Below, in pieces: positions 18,450-25,156 of a stretch of 43,496 nt of DNA. Numbering within the stretch: the stretch's first letter is position 1; each line of letters begins with the position of its first letter. The notes beneath the pieces were generated by a model. That model searched no databases. It saw nothing but the letters and a program-made list of their open reading frames with translations, and was not told the origin of the DNA. The position numbers and the translations under genes are program-made. Location of the stretch: the NCBI GenBank assembly GCA_964508365.1, contig CAZDTP010000033.1, forward strand, positions 1 to 43,496, read 5' to 3'. This stretch comes from an uncultured archaeon. Its GTDB lineage: Archaea > Asgardarchaeota > Lokiarchaeia > Sigyniarchaeales > SOKP01.

Positions 18450-19925
18450 TTATTGCTTTAATTCTTGAACATAGTCAAAAATTGTATCAATTCTATCTTT
18501 TATACTCCCGAACAACCCTTCTTCTTCAGATACTACAGAGTTAATAGCTGTTTTAAGGCCATAATGGCTTTCGGAAATTAATACTCTTATTGGAAGCGTT
18601 AAAATATCGCTTAATAACATTAAAATTTCTTGCATAATCTTAATAATTTTTGGGATGTTTTCTTCAGTTTTTTCCATCATTGACTGATCCGAAGAAAGTA
18701 AACCGTTTTCTCTTTCCTTTCTTATTTCTTCCCAAACATTATCTTTTAACTCTGAAAAGTCAATTCCTAAATTTTCAAGTGCCATTTGGGCTCCTTCAAA
18801 GAGAAAATTAATATCATCCTTACCCGAGAATTGTCTTACATTCTCGACCATCTCTGCTGGGGCTAAACCATCAAGAAAACTTATTAATAATTGATGATAA
18901 TCGTTGATTACATCAATAGGGATGAATAATAAAACAAATTCTCTTAACTGTTTAAAAAGATATCCCGCAATTTTAGCAAATGTGTTATTCTTCAAAGTTT
19001 TTTCGATTAATCCTCCATATTCATTAAGTAAATGAACTGCGAGATAACCAATGATTCTTAATAGATCATCCTCATAATTTTTAAAATAATCGAAGAAATG
19101 GGAGGGTTCCATGTTTAGTTTATCTTCAATGATCTCAGCAACTTTTCTTTTAATGCCCTCTAAGGGTTCATCAAGTAATTCCTCAATTTTATCAAGAGAT
19201 AAGACTTCTTGAAGTTTATCAATAATGTCTAACTTAGTTTCTTGAATAACATCCTCTTCTATAGATTCTTCAAATTTAACTCCAGATTTAATTTTATCTT
19301 GAATTCGAACGGAACTAAACTCTTTCCATTCTAAAGAATCATAAATTTTACAAATAAACTGAAGATGTTCATCACCTTTCGCTAAGCACTTCTGTTCTAC
19401 TATACTAATTCTATAATCGTTTCTTTTTATTTTAAGTATGAAATTAGCAACATTTTCTAACATTCCCGTTAAACCGCACGCAAGACCTTCACTATTTTTA
19501 CTGTTTACTTTTTGAAATTTGAAAGTATCTTCATCATCTACCCCATACCCTGCACAAAGTGGACAACTTTTTATCTTAACAATATAATCGTTATATTTCG
19601 AGCCTTCTTTAGGAAGTTCCTCATATGTTAAGTCCCCCTCTTCTAATTCCTTTCCAAAAACAACAACCCATAAAAGTTCAAAATATTCAATTACTTTTTT
19701 TGGGCTCCCAGGCATCCATTTAAAAACAGCTGTGTGACGCTCGCATGATTCTGTGGCAGCTTTCTTCCCGATCTCTCTAAGTATAATAATACTATCCTCT
19801 TCATCTTTCGTAATATCATTTATCTCTTTTAATATTTCACGATAAAGAAGAACATAATATAAAGAAGTAGTGTTTCTACCGAATACTTTAGTAATCTTTT
19901 TTAATAACCATTGCACTGCTCCCAT
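18450..19925 (-). CDS. V4R/TRAPP-like domain protein with long helical C-terminal region
   Basis: EIGKKAA, IKSCPLC, CGLTGMLENVA, VEQKCLAKGDEHLQF fit the V4R Cys pattern; acidic helical C-terminal ~280 aa unassigned. Confidence 0.6.
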   Translation of the reverse strand: MGAVQWLLKKITKVFGRNTTSLYYVLLYREILKEINDITKDEEDSIIILREIGKKAATESCERHTAVFKWMPGSPKKVIEYFELLWVVVFGKELEEGDLTYEELPKEGSKYNDYIVKIKSCPLCAGYGVDDEDTFKFQKVNSKNSEGLACGLTGMLENVANFILKIKRNDYRISIVEQKCLAKGDEHLQFICKIYDSLEWKEFSSVRIQDKIKSGVKFEESIEEDVIQETKLDIIDKLQEVLSLDKIEELLDEPLEGIKRKVAEIIEDKLNMEPSHFFDYFKNYEDDLLRIIGYLAVHLLNEYGGLIEKTLKNNTFAKIAGYLFKQLREFVLLFIPIDVINDYHQLLISFLDGLAPAEMVENVRQFSGKDDINFLFEGAQMALENLGIDFSELKDNVWEEIRKERENGLLSSDQSMMEKTEENIPKIIKIMQEILMLLSDILTLPIRVLISESHYGLKTAINSVVSEEEGLFGSIKDRIDTIFDYVQELKQ

Positions 19926-19927
19926 TA

Positions 19928-20428
19928 TTAAACACCTCCCTCTCTGTATTTAAAGCTTTGAATACAAGATTTATGTCCAAATGTTCGAGATTCAAGAATA
20001 TCAAGTGGTTCTAGTATTAATGAAGATTTTCCTTTATTAAGGCAAGTTATTATTTCTGATAGCATTGCTGCAATAATTTCACATCCTGCAACATCGATAT
20101 CGTTAAAATGATACTTACATAAAGGGCAATCATTATCTTTAACCGTGACGATCTTATTTATTTCATTAAAATCCACCGAAACCGAGCTATTTAAGATTTT
20201 TTTATAGATTGTGGTTATTACATCATTTAAATTATCTTTTTTAACAATATCAATTGGTTTCCAATATTTTATATAAGTTCGGGCGATATTTCGACCCATT
20301 CTCCTTAAATTCTCTCTTATTTCGGACACTTCATTGAGTTTCATAAATCTCTCTAAATGATAAACCATATTACGCATTTGATTCATTGTAGCATCTGACT
20401 GGATCAAATCATCTCTTGTTAAATTCAT
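19928..20428 (-). CDS. Stand-alone V4R/TRAPP (Bet3-like) domain protein
   Basis: LRRMGRNIAR, VKDNDCPLC, GCEIIAAMLSEII, ESRTFGHKSC. Its 3' end carries GGAGGTG (19933-19939) as SD for the next gene. Confidence 0.6.
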   Translation of the reverse strand: MNLTRDDLIQSDATMNQMRNMVYHLERFMKLNEVSEIRENLRRMGRNIARTYIKYWKPIDIVKKDNLNDVITTIYKKILNSSVSVDFNEINKIVTVKDNDCPLCKYHFNDIDVAGCEIIAAMLSEIITCLNKGKSSLILEPLDILESRTFGHKSCIQSFKYREGGV

Positions 20429-20602
20429 TCTTCACGCACTCTAGGGAAAAGTAGTTGAATAATAAATGAAAAATAAACCTCAATATTAATATTTTCAATT
20501 CGAATCATATATGATTAGTATGTTTTTCAAGCAAGAATTATAATTTAGTAAATCATTTATAGACATGATAAATAAAATTAAATTTCATGATAAAATATTG
20601 AG

Positions 20603-21259
20603 GTGATTAATATAGACACTCAAATGGAAATTATTTGGTTGGGTCACGCATGCTTTAAAATTAAGATCTTTAGTGGAAGGATTATATATTTAGATCCTTA
20701 TAATATCAAAGATGGAGAAGAAAAAGCGGATATCATAGTGACTTCACACACACATGGAGATCATTTTTCGAAATCAGATATTAAAAAAATTTGGCAAGAT
20801 GATACAGTTTTGTTAGGTCCTATTAGCATTGCAAACAGTTTAAAGAAATTTGGTGGTCAAGGCTTGGAAATCGGTGAAGAGTTTGCGTATGAAGATTTTT
20901 CAATCGAATTGTTTCCTGCGTATACAATCGAGAAAATAACGCATCCAAAAAGCAATAATTGGACGGGAACGATAATAGAATCAGCAGGTAAAAGTGTTTA
21001 TCATGCAGGCGATACTGAAAGAATCCCTGAAATGAAAGAGTTAAAGGCCCGAAATATTACTGTAGCTTTATTACCTTGCGGAGGGACATATACTATGGAT
21101 TTTGAAGAAGCATCTAATGCTGCTGTGGATATTCAACCTGAAATAGTAGTACCAATGCATAATTGGGAAAAAGATTTAAATATCTTCAAAGAAATTATGG
21201 CAAAAAAAGACTCTAACATAAGAGTAGAAATTTTAACTGAAAAATCTTTAAAAATATAA
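20603..21259 (+). CDS. Metallo-beta-lactamase-fold hydrolase (UPF0173/UlaG-like)
   Basis: WLGHACF, YLDPY, TSHTHGDH, VYHAGDT, ALLPCGGTYTM, VVPMH; the true start may be ATG 20624. Confidence 0.85.
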   Translation: MINIDTQMEIIWLGHACFKIKIFSGRIIYLDPYNIKDGEEKADIIVTSHTHGDHFSKSDIKKIWQDDTVLLGPISIANSLKKFGGQGLEIGEEFAYEDFSIELFPAYTIEKITHPKSNNWTGTIIESAGKSVYHAGDTERIPEMKELKARNITVALLPCGGTYTMDFEEASNAAVDIQPEIVVPMHNWEKDLNIFKEIMAKKDSNIRVEILTEKSLKI

Positions 21260-21339
21260 GAATTTTTTTTTTTATTTGCAAAGTGCAATTAAAAAGAATT
21301 TAATTCTTAGTTGTTCTATTAATCCGAGAAGAGATTTTT

Positions 21340-21942
21340 ATGATAGTATACAATGTCGGTATAAGAGGAGGTCTTAAAAAAATAAGGAAAGCCGATTTTA
21401 AAGAAGATGAAGTTTATTTAATTGACGATTCTAAAACAATGTATCTGTGGTTTGGATCAAATATAACTAAAAAAAGAAGAGATTTATCAATAGATAAAGC
21501 AAAGCTGATAAATGATAAAAATGAAAACACCGCTAACATTCAAATTATTACTCAAAATAAAGAATATGGGGCATTTATAGCTATTAAGGACTCTCTAAAG
21601 AAAGGAGAAATCAAAAAACAACATTTAGAGAGAAGACCAGAGTTAGAAATTCAATTTGAAGAAACTTTAGAGCTAATAGAGGCAGGAATAAGTCCGGATT
21701 TAGAAGCAGAGATAACATTAGTAGCACATAAACTATCTCTCGAAAATAAATCTTACAAAAGCTTATGTCAAACCTTAGCTAAGATGCAATTGGATCTTAC
21801 TAAAGGTCTAAACAAAGCTTCAAAGAACGAAATACAAAAAAAAACGCAAGAAATTTTTGAATCATCATCAACCTATGAAGAAGTTTGCTGGTTAATCGCA
21901 CAATTAAACGTAATTGCAGATAAATCTTCTTTAGATTCATAA
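21340..21942 (+). CDS. Single gelsolin-domain protein with C-terminal helical domain (1DGelX-like)
   Basis: FKEDEVYLIDDSKTMYLWFGSN...RR....DKA..IN......IQIITQNKEYGAF matches the gelsolin-repeat core (vfilD...iyvW.G....e...a...a.......qg.E...F); ~100-aa helical tail. Confidence 0.75.
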   Translation: MIVYNVGIRGGLKKIRKADFKEDEVYLIDDSKTMYLWFGSNITKKRRDLSIDKAKLINDKNENTANIQIITQNKEYGAFIAIKDSLKKGEIKKQHLERRPELEIQFEETLELIEAGISPDLEAEITLVAHKLSLENKSYKSLCQTLAKMQLDLTKGLNKASKNEIQKKTQEIFESSSTYEEVCWLIAQLNVIADKSSLDS

Positions 21943-22155
21943 TTATATCTTTTTTTAGCCCGTTTTTTTGAAAAGCGATTGGTTGAAATTCTTTCTAATT
22001 TTATTGGCTGTGAAAAAAAATACACGACTTTTCCCATTTATAGCTTAATTTTTAATAATTGATACTAATAAAAGCAATTAAATATTTATTTTGACTAATA
22101 ATACACATATAATTTTAAAAGTCTAATTTTTTCAATTATATAAATTGTTAAACTG

Positions 22156-22521
22156 ATGAAGATGACAAGAATCGAAGAATTAAAAGATTTTGGTATAGAA
22201 ATTGCTGAAAATATGAAGGAAGGGAATCTGATCATAGACATTTTTACTGTATGGTGCGGTCCCTGCAAATTTGTCTCTCCAATATTGGAGAAACTTAAAA
22301 GGGAAGGATTAATTAAATTAATAACAGTAGATTTAGACCAGAATAGAGCTTTAGGCAATAAATTTAATGTAACAGCCATTCCTACTCTACTTTTCTTCAA
22401 AAACGGAGAATTGTGTGATGGAATTATTGAAATTCAAGGACAACCCTTAGTAAGAGACGGAATAATGCTAGGGGCAGCAGGTGAAGATATTATTAGAGAA
22501 ATCGTTGGTAAATTGAATTAA
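22156..22521 (+). CDS. trxA: Thioredoxin
   Basis: IDIFTVWCGPCK active site; VDLDQN.ALGNKFNVTAIPTLLFFKNG. Confidence 0.86.
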   Translation: MKMTRIEELKDFGIEIAENMKEGNLIIDIFTVWCGPCKFVSPILEKLKREGLIKLITVDLDQNRALGNKFNVTAIPTLLFFKNGELCDGIIEIQGQPLVRDGIMLGAAGEDIIREIVGKLN

Positions 22522-22704
22522 ATCATTGCTTAGAAATAATCAAATTTATTTCCATAAGAAATTGTCAAAAATTACTCGAATTTTTTTTATTTTCTGATTT
22601 GTTAAAGAAATTGAACCTTTTCTTGGGTTAAATTAAAAAGAATTAATTTAAAATTTAACGGTAGGTTTTATTAAAATAAGGTTAAAAAAACTAACTAAAT
22701 AATT

Positions 22705-23208
22705 ATGGCAACAATAGATTTTGAATTTCGAAATCAGATTCTCCAATCCGACATTGGTAATACGCTAGCTTATTGCTATCAATGTGCTACTTGTAGTGGA
22801 GCGTGTCCTGTAGCACAAATAACAAATGGTCGATATAATCCTAGAAGACTTATCTTAGATGCACTTCTTGGGTTAAAAGAGAAAATTTTTGGTAAAGAAA
22901 ACGCTTTTAATATATGGGGATGCACAGTATGTGATACCTGCGACGAGGTTTGTCCCCAAAAAGTAGAACTCACAGAAATTTTTACGATTTTAAAAAATAT
23001 TAGCGTTGAAAAAGGAGAAGCACCAGACTACTATACAACACAAGCTTCCGCTATTTTAGAAAATGGTAAAGCCATCCCAATGCAACCTGCAATAGAAAGA
23101 AGAAGAGATCAACTCGGATTGCCAAAAGTAATTCCTCCAGATGTAGAAGAAGTTAAAAAATTATTAAGAGCTACAAAGTTAGAGGAAAAAATTAAAAAAG
23201 AAGAATAA
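22705..23208 (+). CDS. hdrC: Heterodisulfide reductase subunit C-like 2x[4Fe-4S] protein
   Basis: CYQCATCSGACP, YNPRRLI, IWGCTVCDTCDEVCPQ, RR..LGLP. Confidence 0.8.
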   Translation: MATIDFEFRNQILQSDIGNTLAYCYQCATCSGACPVAQITNGRYNPRRLILDALLGLKEKIFGKENAFNIWGCTVCDTCDEVCPQKVELTEIFTILKNISVEKGEAPDYYTTQASAILENGKAIPMQPAIERRRDQLGLPKVIPPDVEEVKKLLRATKLEEKIKKEE

Positions 23209-23222
23209 TCTTCTTCATTACT

Positions 23223-23263
23223 CTTTTTTTAAAAAAGGTTTCAGGGATTTAACATCCCTTTAC
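23223..23263. terminator. Possible terminator/structured element: 16-bp palindrome CTTTTTTTAAAAAAAG plus AGGGAT-ttaac-ATCCCT hairpin and T-run
   Basis: Both inverted repeats are directly visible between hdrC and tpiA; the function is inferred. Confidence 0.3.
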
Positions 23264-23338
23264 ATTAATAAAGCTTAAATTGAAATAGTAAATGAGCTTT
23301 ATCTAAAGTATATAAAAAATTTAATAAGTGAATTTTTG

Positions 23339-24109
23339 ATGAGAAGACCAATAATCGGTGGGAATTGGAAAATGAATAAAGGCATACCTTTTGAGGGTAT
23401 AGAGATGCTGAAAAAGTTAATTCCACTTGTGAAAAACATAAACAATGTCGATATTGTAATTGCTCCACCATATACAGCTTTATTTCCTGTGATTGAATTC
23501 ACTAAAAATACGAACATAATGATAGGAGCACAAAATATGTATTTCGAGGAAAAAGGTGCTTTTACTGGCGAAATCTCTCCTGTTTTCTTAAAAGAGTTAG
23601 GATGCAGCTATGTTATTTTGGGTCATAGTGAAAGAAGAGATATTCTAAAGGAAACCGATGAAATCATAAATAAAAAACTGAAAAAGGCTTTGAATTTTAA
23701 CCTGAAACCTATTGTATGTATTGGAGAACACTTGAAGGAGAGAGAAACACATAAAACAAAAGAATTTATAGAGAAACAATTTAGACTTTCTTTTAAAGAC
23801 TTGAGTGGTGAAGAAATACGAAAATCAGTTATAGCTTATGAGCCAATTTGGGCGATAGGGACGGGAAGAACTGCTACTCCGGAACAAGCTGAAGAAATTC
23901 ATATTTTTATACGCGATTTGATTACAAATATTTATGATAGTAAAACTGCAAATGCCGTCAAAATCCAATATGGAGGTTCTATAAAACCTAGTAATGCAAA
24001 AGATATTTTCATAAAGGAAAACATTGATGGAGGTTTAGTTGGGGGCGCTTCCCTTCAAGCTGAGTCATTTAGTGAAATAATTGAAGCTGCAAATAATTCT
24101 CCTTTTTAA
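23339..24109 (+). CDS. tpiA: Triosephosphate isomerase, bacterial/eukaryotic type
   Basis: GGNWKMN, GAFTGEIS, VILGHSERR, VCIGE, AYEPIWAIGTG, YGGSIKP, GGLVGGASL; ATG 23339 directly follows the TTG used by the ORF track. Confidence 0.95.
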   Translation: MRRPIIGGNWKMNKGIPFEGIEMLKKLIPLVKNINNVDIVIAPPYTALFPVIEFTKNTNIMIGAQNMYFEEKGAFTGEISPVFLKELGCSYVILGHSERRDILKETDEIINKKLKKALNFNLKPIVCIGEHLKERETHKTKEFIEKQFRLSFKDLSGEEIRKSVIAYEPIWAIGTGRTATPEQAEEIHIFIRDLITNIYDSKTANAVKIQYGGSIKPSNAKDIFIKENIDGGLVGGASLQAESFSEIIEAANNSPF

Positions 24110-24132
24110 TATCTAACATGCTTTTATTTAGT

Positions 24133-24990
24133 TTATCCTAAAATTTGATCAAACCTAGATGCAAGTTTTCCTGGAAACTCACCTAAATATGATTGTGAAT
24201 CTGCAAAAAGTAAATAAAAATAAGGCTCAAACAGGTCATTAATAGTTGGACCAACTCCTGATTTTATTATATAGACCCATAACTGTTCATTTGAAAAATA
24301 AGATTGTCGGTAAATCCATTCAAGCGTTGAAATATTCGGAAATACATTAATATTTCTTAAAATAGCGTCTATATCTGCCAATGAATATAAAATCCCGAAA
24401 CTCATGATTGGTGAAAGATCAAACGATGTTATACAAATGCCATTAAGCCCATAACTACTCATTTCCTTTAAAAAACCGTCTGCTAACCTGTTAATCTCTT
24501 CTTTTTGCACTTCTACGCGGTTTCTAGCTTCTTTATCAGTTAGGATTTCGATAATTTTATCCTCTTCATTTTGTAGTAATTCTAAAGCTGAATCAAGTGG
24601 AATTTTATCTGCGATAACTAAATTATAAATATTTTTGATTTTTGCATTAACAGACTTTTGAAGGAGATAAGGCTCTGTTTGAGTCGTGATTAACACATCC
24701 CCTTTATATTGATTGTCATCGGAACTATCAGGTTTATTTTTTCTTGATTTAAATTCTAACATTTCAATTTTTTTATCAATATTTCTAGCAAACTCAAAGA
24801 GTGCGGAAACTAATCCTGCGTTGAGTTCAAATGAGCTAACGGGATCTAATTTCGTCAATGGTTCTAAATTCTGTTGCGTGAAGTCAAAAAATCTTAAAGT
24901 TAAATTCACTCCACTAGGAGGAGTATTTAAAATTAAATTATAATATGGAAAGCCTGTATTGGTAATAACAGATAACTCATAAAATGTCAT
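24133..24990 (-). CDS. Hypothetical protein, possibly tandem longin-like domains
   Basis: N-terminal ELSVITNTGFPYY ... ELNAGLVSALFEFA resembles the longin beta-hairpin plus helix pattern; second half has a similar GICITSFDLSPI segment. Pattern recognition only. Confidence 0.45.
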   Translation of the reverse strand: MTFYELSVITNTGFPYYNLILNTPPSGVNLTLRFFDFTQQNLEPLTKLDPVSSFELNAGLVSALFEFARNIDKKIEMLEFKSRKNKPDSSDDNQYKGDVLITTQTEPYLLQKSVNAKIKNIYNLVIADKIPLDSALELLQNEEDKIIEILTDKEARNRVEVQKEEINRLADGFLKEMSSYGLNGICITSFDLSPIMSFGILYSLADIDAILRNINVFPNISTLEWIYRQSYFSNEQLWVYIIKSGVGPTINDLFEPYFYLLFADSQSYLGEFPGKLASRFDQILG

Positions 24991-25156
24991 ATTAATTAGT
25001 AATTTAAGAAAAATTTGAAGATTGAAATATAATTAAATCTATAATTATAGATTTGGTAATATATATTTAAATTAATTGAGTTCATAAGATAGTTTACTTT
25101 AAAAATGCTTATAAAACTTCCGAGAATATAAAAGGGAAAAAATGGAGTTAAATTTC

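Noticed and set aside
21873-22037. 54-codon minus-strand ORF (MGKVVYFFSQPIKLERIS...)
   Set aside because: Overlaps the gelsolin gene's 3' end, has no SD or motif, and is expected by chance.
22522-23338. Selenocysteine codon or SECIS element near trxA/hdrC (Lokiarchaeia use Sec)
   Set aside because: No in-frame TGA at catalytic Cys positions, and the downstream hairpin lacks an AUGA/GA kink-turn core.
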